Origin: Octopus bimaculoides
Lineage: Eukaryota
Direction: 5' to 3'
NCBI RefSeq assembly: GCF_001194135.2
Contig: NC_068998.1
Location: 13,595,662-13,634,799 of the forward strand
Length of the DNA: 39,138 nt
The notes under the pieces are model-generated. The model did not search any database. It saw nothing but the letters and a program-made list of their open reading frames with translations, and was not told where the DNA came from. This document shows positions 23,753-36,292 of the stretch, one piece after another; position 1 is the stretch's first letter; each line of letters opens with the position of its first letter. Position numbers and translations under genes: made by a program.

Positions 23753-23964
23753 CATCATCATCATCATCATCGTTTAACGTCCGCTTTCCATGCTAGCATG
23801 GGTTGGACGATTTGACTGAGGACTGGTGAAACCGGATGGCAACACCAGGATCCAATATGATTTGGCAGAGTTTCTACAGCTGGATGCCCTTCCTAATGCC
23901 AACCACTCAGAGAGTGTAGTGGGTGCTTTTACGTGTCACCCGCACGAAGGCCAGTCAGGCGGTA
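23753..23964 (-). mobile_element. SINE-like family C, young antisense copy
   Basis: Reverse complement of 36079-36292 with 5 substitutions over ~195 non-tail bases. Confidence 0.9.
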
Positions 23965-24031
23965 AAATATGATGAAAAATATACTGTAACGTGAATTTAT
24001 ATGAAAAAAAAAAATTAAATTATCAGTGGCT

Positions 24032-24333
24032 TTAATCTTTTTGATACCAGCTCACCTAGTTTATTGATATGAACTTTCCATTTTAAAGTGGTCTAAGTGA
24101 AAATCTTCCATCATCATTCCATGTTTATTTATGTTCCAAACACTACTTTTATAACTGGTACTTATTTTATTGAACCAGAAAGGGTGGCAGGCAAAATTGA
24201 CCTCGGTAGAATTCGAACTCAGAACACTACCTTAATGAGGTTAATGATTATTTTACTAATCTTTCACTATTTTCAAAATTAATTGAAACAAAATCAGTGT
24301 ATTTCAACAGAAATATGGGAACAAGAAGGTTAA
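24032..24333. mobile_element. Second, more diverged copy of the TTAA-flanked MITE, with an antisense SINE fragment at ~24134-24232
   Basis: TTAATCTTTTTGATACCA...AATATGGGAACAAGAAGGTTAA; colinear with 34673-35155 once the SINEs are removed. Confidence 0.55.
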
Positions 24334-24835
24334 GGTAAATTAACAACAGATGGGAAAATAAATGGTAGATTTCAAATTGGAATAAAAGAAAATCAATAAT
24401 GAAAAGCAAGGAACCTGTACAACAACAACTTGAACCTTTAACTGCCAGATTTAAGAATCAAGAATTCCATGTTCACAATAATTAATCTATGTAACACAAT
24501 TTTTGTCCTTGAGTAGCAACTGTTATTTATTTACTTACCCCTAGAAAATATGAAAAATGGCTAAGAAATGAAAAATGGCTTAAAATATGAAAAATGGCTA
24601 AAACTTGGCTTTTGTTACATTCATTCAAACTCCAAAGAATTCCTCTCATCACATGGCTATGATGTTCCCCCACTACTCCTACTCATGATCATGCTCAAGT
24701 GATTATGGTCAAGCAGCTGAAAAGCAAATCTGTGGTATTGAGCAGAATATTCGCTATCACGATATTTCTGCTTCAGCAACTTATAGCTGAATTTGTCTGA
24801 AATGTAATGGAAAATTCTCTACCATACAACCATAT

Positions 24836-25100
24836 GGATGTACAAGTGTATGCGTGTGTGTATAAGTGAATATGTTTTTGTATGTGTGTATTTATTTGTG
24901 TGTGTGTGTGTAAGTGTGTGTGTGTGTGTGTATGCATGTGTGAAAATGTATGTGTATATTTATATGTGCGTGTATGTATGTATGTGTGAGAGTATGTGTG
25001 TATGTGAAGGTGTGTGTGTAGTATGTATGTATGTATGTGTGTACGTGTGTTTGTCTGTGTGTATGTGTGTTTGTCTTTGTGTGTGTGTGTATGTGTGTGT
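24836..25100. repeat. Degenerate (TG)n/(TATG)n tract
   Basis: Directly visible; abuts an N-gap. Confidence 0.9.
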
Positions 25101-26008
25101 TATTTCTTTACNNNNNNNNNNNNNNNNNNNNNNNNNNNNNNNNNNNNNNNNNNNNNNNNNNNNNNNNNNNNNNNNNNNNNNNNNNNNNNNNNNNNNNNNN
25201 NNNNNNNNNNNNNNNNNNNNNNNNNNNNNNNNNNNNNNNNNNNNNNNNNNNNNNNNNNNNNNNNNNNNNNNNNNNNNNNNNNNNNNNNNNNNNNNNNNNN
25301 NNNNNNNNNNNNNNNNNNNNNNNNNNNNNNNNNNNNNNNNNNNNNNNNNNNNNNNNNNNNNNNNNNNNNNNNNNNNNNNNNNNNNNNNNNNNNNNNNNNN
25401 NNNNNNNNNNNNNNNNNNNNNNNNNNNNNNNNNNNNNNNNNNNNNNNNNNNNNNNNNNNNNNNNNNNNNNNNNNNNNNNNNNNNNNNNNNNNNNNNNNNN
25501 NNNNNNNNNNNNNNNNNNNNNNNNNNNNNNNNNNNNNNNNNNNNNNNNNNNNNNNNNNNNNNNNNNNNNNNNNNNNNNNNNNNNNNNNNNNNNNNNNNNN
25601 NNNNNNNNNNNNNNNNNNNNNNNNNNNNNNNNNNNNNNNNNNNNNNNNNNNNNNNNNNNNNNNNNNNNNNNNNNNNNNNNNNNNNNNNNNNNNNNNNNNN
25701 NNNNNNNNNNNNNNNNNNNNNNNNNNNNNNNNNNNNNNNNNNNNNNNNNNNNNNNNNNNNNNNNNNNNNNNNNNNNNNNNNNNNNNNNNNNNNNNNNNNN
25801 NNNNNNNNNNNNNNNNNNNNNNNNNNNNNNNNNNNNNNNNNNNNNNNNNNNNNNNNNNNNNNNNNNNNNNNNNNNNNNNNNNNNNNNNNNNNNNNNNNNN
25901 NNNNNNNNNNNNNNNNNNNNNNNNNNNNNNNNNNNNNNNNNNNNNNNNNNNNNNNNNNNNNNNNNNNNNNNNNNNNNNNNNNNNNNNNNNNNNNNNNNNN
26001 NNNNNNNN

Positions 26009-26091
<83 letters not shown>

Positions 26092-27288
26092 ATATATATA
26101 TATGTGTGTTTGTATCTGTGTTTGTCCTCCCCACCATCAGTTGACAGCTGATATTGGTGTGTTTACGTCCCTAGAACTTAGTGGTTCAGTCATGCATACC
26201 AGCATCCTCTCTCCATGCCACCGATGTTATCCAATGGAAAGGCAAAAGCTTATACAGCTTGGCATCAGTGATGTCACAATTTATTTTTACAGCTGAGTGA
26301 ACTGGAACAACATAAAATAAAGTGTCTTGCTCAAGGACACAACACACTGCTCAGTCTGGGAATAGAACTCACTACCTCATGATTGTGAGCCCAATGCTTT
26401 AACCACTGAGCCATGTGTCATTACTAGACATTATCTAGGGCTACATTATTCAATGTGATTTGATGGAATTTTAGTGCTATGACAAACAGGCCAGATGACC
26501 ACCTAGAAACACAGCTGTTGGTTTCTTGCAAATATATTATGTCACAAATGGAATTCAATGGTTTTTCACATGTAGCATTTTCAAATAGCTACAGAAATCA
26601 TTTAGTACATTTGTCACTAAAATTTACATGGAAAGCTGAATTATTCTGCTTTTTGTGAACTTTCCAGTTCTTGGATTACATTCTACTCTTTCATCCACAC
26701 CCAATACACTTCCATCTCATGCTCTAAATCTGGTTGTAAGCCAATACATGAAAGAGTACATCAAATGTAGAGTCTTGAATATATTTGTTTTAAATTTATG
26801 TAAATTGTTTATGTCTTACATGAATTTCAGTCTGGTGCTTTATTTAGCCGATAAAACATATTCGTTACTCTCCGACAAGTCTTTTAGCTTTGCATCAATT
26901 AACAAAGATCTAAAACAAATGTGCAATAAAAATTTCTATTAGCGTGTGTAAAACAACAGTCTATGCGATTCCATTACTAATATAAAATACCAGGCTTGTT
27001 TCTTTATATGTGAATAAAGAATTTCTACAGAGGTTCCACAATAATTGTTGTATGCTATTTGTCCCCTTACTTACTGTTTAACCCCTGAATATTTATATGG
27101 AATGGTTGGTGATGGCAGGAACATCTTTGGTTGATCAGATCTGACCTAGGGCTCCCATTAGTTATTTTTAATCTTTACTAATAATTTACATTTTGCTCAT
27201 TGACTAAAGGTGGTGCTCCAGCATGGCTGCAGTCAAATGACTGAAACAAATAAAAGAATAAAATAATGAAAGAAAGAACACCAGTGAC

Positions 27289-27449
27289 ATGCTTAGTGGC
27301 ATTTCATCCGTCTTTATATTCTGAGTTCAAATTCCACCGAGGGTGACTTTGCTTTTCATCCTTTTGGGGTCAATAAAATGCACTGGAGTCAATGTAGTTC
27401 ACTTACCCCCCCCCCCCGAAATTCCTGGCCTTGTGCCAAAATTTGAAAC
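27289..27449 (+). mobile_element. SINE family B copy, 5'-truncated
   Basis: CTGAGTTCAAATTCCACCGAGGGTGACTTTGCTTTTCATCCTTTTGGGGTCAATAAA. Confidence 0.8.
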
Positions 27450-29122
27450 TATGGTTGCTATTGTTGGCATTGTTGTTATAATAAACATTTTTTTCAGTTT
27501 GTGTGTTTATTCCACATCAGTGCAGGATTTGCATTAGTATTGGGGTAATCAAATTGTTGCCCCAATTGACACTTCACTATGCCTAACAATAGAGTTCTGT
27601 CACCATTAACTGGATCTCAAAGGCCCCATTTCCTTCCATGAAGGGCCTGATGATAAGAAGTAGAATTTGAGCTCAGAACATGAAAAAATTCAAAGCAGGT
27701 AATATGAAGTGCCTAATACTCTAACAATTTCCTTAATCCCTCCACCCTGGGCCATTATTTTATTTATTGCCCTCAAACGAATAAAAAGGAAAAGTTGACC
27801 TTGGTGGGATTTGAACCTAGAATACAGGGGGCTAAAACAAATCCTGCAAAACATTTGATTTGATTTGATACTCTAATGGTTCTGTCAATTTATCACTTTT
27901 AATAGCTAGCTTATCTATTACAATGAATATTGTACTTTACAGTTATACTTCAACTTTTTCCTTCATTGCCTATTAAGAACTTCAAAAAAAAAATTATTAA
28001 AATGGTCTTAATTCAACTTTAATCGATATTTATGATCCACGTGAAATATAGATTTAACGTTGTTAATTTTATAATCAATTATGTCTGTACTTGCCAAAAT
28101 AATTAAAATAATTAGTCAATAATAAATATTGTTTTTATACTCAATCACCACGTAATTAATTTTAGTCAGCTTTTTAATGCTCTCCACATTAAATGTATTA
28201 ACATTAATTTAACTATTGCTTTTCATGAGGATGGCGTCTCTGAGTTACTTATACATAGTATGGTTAAGAAAGTTAATTAGCTTCAGTTATCCATTAGACT
28301 AATACATTTATCACAACTAATTAAATAAATAACACATAAAGTAAATTACAATAAACAAGCTTAATGTTGTAATTATGCTGTCTCATATATAAGAGAGTTA
28401 TTGTAAGGTATAGATGACATAGTTAGTCGCACTTTATTACCTAATTAGCTTAATACATTAATGAGTGATTATTATTGCTGGTGGTAACCCAACTCAATTA
28501 AGTCACTTTTAAGCATTTTATTCCACACTCTGTAGAATTCTCTCTTACTTCTTCAACTCATATTTTCAAAGCCATCCTACACGTTTTATAGTGTTACTTT
28601 TAGCAACTTTGCAATCCAAAGGACTCTCCTTGCAGTCAATTTAGATGCAAAAAATAACAGCCAGTTACCCTTGAAATTAGTCTTATTGTCTTAAAAATAG
28701 ATTGGACAATGAGTGCAGGTACAGATACATGGTTAAGAAGATTGCTTTACAATAACATGGTCTTGAGTTTCATTCCCTGTGCAGAACCTTGGGCAAGTTG
28801 CTTTAACCACAGAGTCATATTGGCTTCAAATTTTGGCAGGAGGCCAGCAATTTCAGTAAAAGTTAAAAGTTGATTACATCAAGCCCAGGGCTCAACTAGT
28901 ATTTATATTACCAATTCCAAAGGGATGAAAGGCAAAGTCATCCACAACAGAATTTGAAGAAAGAACATGAAGACAGATGAAATGCCACTAAGCATTTTGA
29001 TTGGCATGGTGACAGTTCTGCCAGCTTGTGACCTTACCCAAAGAGTCACATTGGCCGATACCTTGAGAAAAGAAGTCATTCAACAGAAACTCAGCAGAGA
29101 AGCTTGTTATATATCATCATCA

Positions 29123-29284
29123 GGCACAGGAGTGGCTGTGTGGTAAGTAGCTTGCATAACAACCACATGGTTCTGGGTTCAGTCCCACTGCATGGAACCT
29201 TGGGCAAGTGTCTTCTACTATAGCCTCGGGCTGACTAAAGCCTTGTGAGTGGATTTGGTAGACGGAAACTGAAAGAAGCCCATC

Positions 29285-29342
<58 letters not shown>

Positions 29343-29525
29343 CCCAGCATCGCTTGACAACCGATGCTAGTGTGTTTATGTCCCACGTAACTTAGCGGTT
29401 CCACAAAGAGACCGATAGAAAAAGTACCAGGCTTACAAAGAATAAGTCCCGGGGGGCGATGCTCCAGCATGACCACAGTCAAAATGACTGAAACAAGTTA
29501 AAGAAAGAATAAAAGAATAAAAGAA
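29123..29525 (+). mobile_element. tRNA-derived SINE, family A (CCTTGGGCAAG core-like block, internal TA/TG microsatellite, (TAAAAGAA)n tail), full length
   Basis: A-box TGGCTGTGTGG (29133-29143), B-box GGGTTCAGTCCC (~29176-29187), microsatellite spacer 29286-29342, and 3' block GCTCCAGCATGACCACAGTC...GACTGAAACAAG. Confidence 0.9.
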
Positions 29526-30058
29526 TCATTTTTATAGTGAATTTCTACACCAAAACCTTTTGAGGCAGTGTTTCTCTGGTTGGATGCTCTTCCTGTCTCC
29601 AACTCTCCATCGTTTTACACAAGGAAATTTTCATTCCACTGGTGTTCACTGAATTACATGACATTTGTTTACTGCAAAACGTAAATGATGTCACTGTTTT
29701 TTGCCCTCAAATATTGTTATATACGAAGATGCAAAATCAATATCTACGCACACATACTGAAACACAGATATGCACATGTACACACACAAACTATAAGTTT
29801 CTGCTTACTAATTCCACTTTTATGTGATTGTTTGGCCTAAGGCTACAGTAGAAAACATGTCCAGGAGGGATCAAGCCTGAAAATTTATAGTTGAATAAAT
29901 AACTTTACATTATCACTATATCTATTCACACAACCATACTTGCATGTGCAAATATATGTATATATATGTATATATATGTATATATATGTGTGTGTGTGTG
30001 TGTGTGTATGTATATATACATGTGTGTTTGTGTGTGTGTGTATATATACATGTGTGTT

Positions 30059-30108
<50 letters not shown>

Positions 30109-31840
30109 CCTAGTTGTGTGGTTAAGACGCTTGCTTCCCAACTATGTGTTCTTGAGATCAATCCCACTGCACAGTACCTTGGGCAAGTATCTTTTACTAC
30201 GGCCCCAGCCTGACCAAAGAATTTGTGAGTGAATTTGAAAGACAGAAACCGAAAGAAGTCCATTGTGTGCATGCACACACATGCGCGCATGTGTGTGTTT
30301 GTGTTTGTTTGTGTGTATCTCTGTGTGTGTGAGTGTGTATGTCTATATGTGTGTGTGTGCATCTGCCCTTATCTTGACATCACATGATGTTTGTAAATGA
30401 AAATCAATTCCTCCTCTTCATCACCATCATCATCATCATCATTGCCATCATACAAGTAATGTTGTTTGTTTTAAGCCTTCCATAAGAAACGTCTAACCAT
30501 GGGGAAAATATTACCCTACATGAGAACAGGGGAGGACTGGTGACAGAAAAGGCATCCAGCTGGAAAAAAATATGACTCAACAAATTTTGTCTGACCTATG
30601 CAAGCATGGAAAAGAAAATGTCAACTGATGATGATGGCTATTTTTTGCCCCCACATAAACCCACCCCACATCTGAGGGAAGTACTACTCAAGCTAACCTT
30701 CAATAATTCTCTGTAAACATACAAAACATCTTCATTTAGATTTTATATGTTCTTGATACATGATCGTACCACAAGAAGTCAGCATCTATTTGGTCCTTTG
30801 ACCTGCTCAAAATAACAACCGAATTTCCCTCAAATCATGCTAGTGTCTTAGAAATGACTTATTAGATAATGTGACCTTGGGATCCCTGTATAACAGGAAA
30901 AAAATGGTTGAAGTGTTTATAATCATACCTCTGCTCAGTCAGCACTGATCTGGGGCTAAAAAAAAAAAACCTACAACAGTCTGAAGTTTCCTATCCTACA
31001 ATCAACTTGTTGAATCTAGTTCAAATTTTGATTGTTGAAAAGAAGACGTTATAATCTGTTTTATTTTGAAAAATAAAACAGTAAAAGATAAATATACTGA
31101 TTCTGATTTACATTTTTTAAGAAATAATTTTTTTTTTAAATCAGTTGTAAACTTAGAAAGATATAGAGCAAAAGTTAAAGAAATCAATACACAATCCAAG
31201 AGATCAATAATTTCTAAGGAAAATTGAATTTCAAGACAGATTATTTTTGTTTTTGGGTTTTTTTTTTAACATTTCCTTGTAATGATACAGAGAAAAATAT
31301 TTTCTTTGAAATGTCATTAATTGGAATAGTTTCTTTCTTAAATTGCTAGAGATATAGATTGTTTATGGTAAAATTTCCATATTTAAGAAAAACTTTTATC
31401 TTTGATATAATTTAGAACTAAAAGAACACTGTTAAGTTAGTGTAAATGATTTGTCTAGTCTGATGAGGATTTTTGAAAAATATCAAAACAAAAACTATGG
31501 TCATAGATATATAAAATGTTTGTAATTTTCTGACACACACAACACACACACACACATCTCATACATACATCCATATTTGAACTTCTATCTTTCAATATCT
31601 CAAATGTAAAATCTCTTCCCTGAAGATGGAGGCTCATTTTATCCAATGACAGAATCAATCTACAAACATTATTTTGGACCACTGACCCCCCACCCCCCGA
31701 AACAGCTGTTGGATTTGTTACACTTTTCTTCAAGCCCTTTAATTCTTGACATCATTTCTGTTCTGTGTAAGGTGCCGTGGGAGTGGGACTGAACCCAGAA
31801 CTGCATGGTAGGGAAGCAAACTTCTCAAACACAAATATAC

Positions 31841-31890
<50 letters not shown>

Positions 31891-32580
31891 GATACATACA
31901 TACTTATGTTCATACATGCACACAACAGTCTTTTTCAGTAACCACCAACTAAATCCAAAGACAATGCTTTATTTAGCTTGGGGCCATACTAAAAGAGAGT
32001 TGTCCGGGGTGTCCCACATTAAGATTGAACCCAAAACTGTGTAGTTGGGGAGTAAACATCACCACAAGTGCACACACACACACACACACACACACACAGC
32101 TGAAACCATATATTGGGTAAAATTTAAATTTATCAAATAATCTTTCAAAGTTTCTCACATTGTCACTCAGTTTTGACAACCAATGTGAGATGACTAGTCA
32201 ATAACAGAGAAATTCTGAATTGTAAAGAATTAATATAAATGCTACCATAATATTAACTCTGTTCTAAAAAAGAATATGAACAATCTATTTAATATTCCTG
32301 TCAGAATTATTCTATAGAAAATCTTATAATAAAATCCAAACAATCACTGTATGAAGGTGTCTTTATGTGTCACATGACCTGCAACAAATAGCAGCCAAAT
32401 TGCCCTCAAATCATGTCATGTTCATTTTAAATAAATGCCACATCAGACAATGGCAGTCTTTCATATACAAAATGACAGTATAGCCATCGCTGGAATGTCT
32501 TACACGAAAGGGCTACTGGTCAAGGTTGACCTTGAGATCAAACAACAAAAATATCTTTATTGTGTATTTAGTATTAAATA

Positions 32581-32801
32581 AAAGCAGTGAGCTGGTAGAA
32601 TTGCTGGCGTGGCAGGCAAAATGCTTTGAGGTATTTCATCTGTCTTTGCATTCTGAGTAAAAAATGCTGTCAAGGTCGACTTTGCCATTCATCCTTTCAT
32701 GGTCGATGAAATAAGTAGCAGTTGAGCACTGGGGTCAATATAATTGGCATTTCCAGCCCCACACCCTGAAATTGCTGGTCTTGTGCCAAAATTTGAAACC
32801 A
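32581..32801 (+). mobile_element. SINE family B copy
   Basis: GTGAGCTGGTAGAA head, GTCGACTTTGCCATTCATCCTTT core, CTTGTGCCAAAATTTGAAAC tail. Confidence 0.85.
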
Positions 32802-33134
32802 TTATAAATTTAGTATTAGGTAACTCAATGAGGTTACCACTGAAAATAATAAAGTTACCAAGCAACCAACAACAGACTTGACTGAGGGAAGTTATGATCT
32901 GAGATTGTCATCCTCATTTTCATTTATTTAATGCCCACTTTTCCATGCCCACAATGAGTCAGAGGAGCTATATGCTGAGGCAGATTTTTCTACAGCCAAT
33001 TGCCCTTCTTGTTACCAGCCCTCGTGTGATATCTAGACATGCATACACACAGACACATTCATATAGCATGATTTGAGGGCAATATTATATATAAGAGACC
33101 AAAGTGTACATACGCCACTATATTTTATATATTA

Positions 33135-33621
33135 AAAATACAAAAATAGGACAAAAGGGCAAAACATCCAGAGAGTTAGGTGATACAAAAAAGGGACAAC
33201 AAAACATCCAGACAGATGATACAAAGAAAACAAGGACGACTCATTCGTAGTTTTCTGTCCTCAGTTAAGTTCCAGATTATCTTTGCAATTTCAGCTGGTT
33301 ATACTTGAGATTGCTCCAATCTGGCCAGCCCCAAGGAAAAACTAAGTTTTTTTCCGTCCTTGTTTTTGTATACATTCGCTGCTTTCTTTCAAGGAATCTA
33401 ATGCTCTTTACTTAGTTTTTACTTGGGGCTGGCCAGATTGGAGCAATCTCGAGTATAACCAACTGAAATTGCTAAGATAATCTGGAACTCAACTGAGGAC
33501 AGAAAACTCCGAATGACCCGTCCTTGTTTTCTTTGTATCGTCTGTCTGGATGTCTTGTTGTCCCTTTTTTGTATCACCTAACTGTCCGGATGTTTTCCAT
33601 TTTCGTCCCATTTTTGTATTT

Positions 33622-33622
<1 letters not shown>
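33135..33622. repeat. Fold-back: 212-bp inverted arms, 64-bp spacer
   Basis: 33135-33346 vs reverse complement of 33411-33622 gives about 17 mismatches and no net indel by hand alignment (~92%). Confidence 0.93.
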
Positions 33623-33669
<47 letters not shown>

Positions 33670-33680
33670 TACATACATAT

Positions 33681-33711
<31 letters not shown>

Positions 33712-34137
33712 TATGTATGCATGTATGTGTGTGTGATGAGCTGTTAGGAGACGCTACATATTTTTAGCAACACATCTTCAATGCCAATGAAATCCACTTT
33801 TCAGCCAATTCCTAAGAAACAAAGCATAAGAAACAATAAAATATTCTGAGATAACACAGGAAATCTTTGAAAAATAAAAACTACCAAAATTCCTAAAACT
33901 ATTGTTCCTGCTTTTTTTTTTCCTTTTTTCTTCTTTATTTTTTTGGTTAAGTAGAAATAATCATTAAAAAAATTCTTAAAACTTTCAAATATTTGTTTAT
34001 TTACCCCCTCAGTGATGCAACCTGATCATACATTTACGAAGAAACTATCATAAGATACAACAATAGCATAAACTCAAGTTGACTAATAACTGCAAGTAAA
34101 ACGTTCTCTAGAATAAAATTATGGCAGCAGTGCCTGT

Positions 34138-34620
34138 ATCATCATCATCATCATTGTCATCGTTGTCATCCTCATCGTCGTCATCATTGTCACTGTTGTC
34201 ATCATCATCATCTTCACCATCGCCATCATTACTATCATCTTCATCATCCTCATCATCATAGTCATCGTCATCATCATCATCATAGTCATCGTCAGCATTG
34301 TCATCGTCATCGTCATCATCATCATCACCATCATTATCGTCGTCATCATCATTTTCGTCGTCATCGTCATCATGATTTTCATTATCATCGTCATCACAAT
34401 CATCGCCATCGTCGTCATCATCATCATCATCATCTTTTAATGCCTGTTTTCCATGCTAGCATGATTCAGACAGTTCAACAAGACCAGGTGAACCACAGAG
34501 CTGCACCATGCTCCAATATCTTCTTTGACATGATTTCTACAGCTGGATGTACTTTTTTAATGCCAATCACATTACAGTGTGTATTGGGAGTTACTTTCTT
34601 CATAGCACCAACACTAGTGA
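34138..34620 (-). mobile_element. SINE-like family C antisense copy with a ~295-bp expanded, degenerate (CAT/CGT)n tail (older copies at ~2357-2570 and ~30500-30640)
   Basis: TTTTCCATGCTAGCATG (34448-34464 region) and TTTCTACAGCTGGATG directly follow the trinucleotide tract 34138-34433. Confidence 0.75.
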
Positions 34621-34672
34621 GGTTGCCAAGCAACTTGCAAGACAGAAAAAGAACAGGAAAAAGCCAACTTGA

Positions 34673-35155
34673 TTAACCCTTATGATACCAAGCTGCTGGA
34701 GATCACCCTAGGTTCTATGGCATAAACTTACTGTTTTAAGCAAAGTGGTGAGCTGGCAGAAAAGTTAGCACAGCGAGTGAAATGCTTAGCGGCATTTTGT
34801 CTGCCGCTATGTTCTGAGTTCAAATTCTGCCAAGGTCAACTTTCCCTTTCATCCTTTTGGGGCCAATTAAATAAGAACCAGTTATGCACAGGGGTCGATA
34901 TAATCGACTTATTCCGTTTTTCTGTCCTTGTTTGTCCCCTCTGTGTATAGCCCCTCGTGGGCAGTAAAGAAATAATAAACTTACTGTTTTAAAGTGGTCT
35001 AAATCACAAATCTTCCATCAAAATTTTATGCTAATTTGTTCCAGACCCCAGCTTAATAATGAAGAAGTTATTTTACTAAATTCTTCATTTATTTTAAAAA
35101 TTGATTCAAACAAAGGCAGCATATGTTGATAGAAATATGGTAACAAAAGGATTAA
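34673..35155. mobile_element. TTAA-flanked MITE (piggyBac-type ends) interrupted by a SINE
   Basis: Begins TTAA-CCCTTATGATACCAA and ends TATGGTAACAAAAGGA-TTAA. The internal sequence (TTTTAAAGTGGTCTAA...TCTTCCATCA; TTATTTTACTAA) is shared with 24032-24333. Confidence 0.6.
34740..34974 (+). mobile_element. SINE family B, full length, variant 3' tail
   Basis: Exact 18-bp TSD ATAAACTTACTGTTTTAA at 34722-34739 and 34975-34992; same head and central motif as 4656-4874. Confidence 0.9.
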
Positions 35156-36029
35156 ATGGTGTGTGTGAGGAGTGCATGAGAGGGGAGATGCCTATATGCC
35201 AGGTGTTGAGAAGCTAAGTTATGACAAAGGGAGAAGCACTGGTGTTTTCCTATAAATAGACATCAATAAAAGTGAATACCAGACAAAAGTTTTGAGGTCG
35301 ATAAAATATTCCAACTAAAATCTTCAAAAGTAGTGTCCTGGTAGTTTCACAGCAGTGCAATGACTGAAACCGATAAAGAAACAATAAAAATAAATATCTC
35401 TGTGAGATTAATTTCTCTCATCAGGCCTCTGTTACAGCCAAATATCATTTTCAACAAAAAATAGCAAAAACAACAATATACATCTCAGCAAAAACCTATT
35501 TTCCATTGCCTATCGACATTAGATGCACTTGTTATTTTATCACAATCCCTAAAGACATGTTAGTGTCTGGCTTCTAGCTAACTAAATTTAACTCCGAACA
35601 GTCTACATAATTCTCATTTTTACTTGATCAAAATTTCGAATGAAATTAATTTTCCTTCTTTTGTTGTCTATTTATTTATTATTTATTTATCTCCCATCAC
35701 AATTCTTCTTATAAAAAAGCAACAAATACAACATGGACAAACTATCAAGACTGATATATTTAAAGAGAATAATAGTGGTAGGGGGGTTTCTGTCAATAAG
35801 AATACAGTTTAGAGAAAGAGAAGTTTGGCATGTTAGCATGCTATGATGAGGAGAGACATGGAATGTTTTTTAGACTTCTGTAATGAATAACTTTGGTTTG
35901 AAACATTAGGGAATACGTTAGCATGATACAGAACTGGTGTATTGTATTTTATGGTATGGGAGCATGACATAGTGTAAGCATACATGTCTGGTAATAAAAT
36001 AGTTTTTATCTATTAATGGTGAGATATTA

Positions 36030-36292
36030 TGTGCGGGTGGCATATAAAAGACACCATTTCGAGCGTGGCCGTTGCCAGTACCGCCTGACTGGCCTTCGTG
36101 CGGGTGACACGTAGAAGCACCTACTACACTCTCTGAGTGGTTGGCGTTAGGAAGGGCATCCAGCTGTAGAAACTCTGCCAAATCAGATTGGACCCTGGTG
36201 TTGCCATCCGGTTTCACCAGTCCTCAGTCAAATCGTCCAACCCATGCTAGCATGGAAAGCGGACGTTAAACGATGATGATGATGATGATGAT
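36030..36292 (+). mobile_element. SINE-like family C, young copy
   Basis: GGTTGGCGTTAGGAAGGGCATCCAGCTGTAGAAACTCTGCC...CATGCTAGCATGGAAAGCGGACGTTAAAC(GAT)n. Confidence 0.9.

Noticed and set aside
27075-27140. 66-nt minus-strand exon-like segment with a perfect GTAAGT donor
   Set aside because: It overlaps a dispersed repeat also seen near 30880-30960 and 32480-32550, so its splice signals are not independent evidence.
31569-31619. 51-nt minus-strand exon candidate GRDFTFEILKDRSSNMD
   Set aside because: Phase 0/0 with no compatible neighbouring exon found; too short to separate from chance.
33764-33811. Strong acceptor followed by ELAEKWISLALKMCC* (minus)
   Set aside because: It stops after 15 codons with no credible donor and cannot be linked to the other exons. 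It is worth a look only if RNA-seq covers it.
34119-34433. 104-aa Met/Thr-rich ORF
   Set aside because: It is a translation of a degenerate trinucleotide SINE tail.
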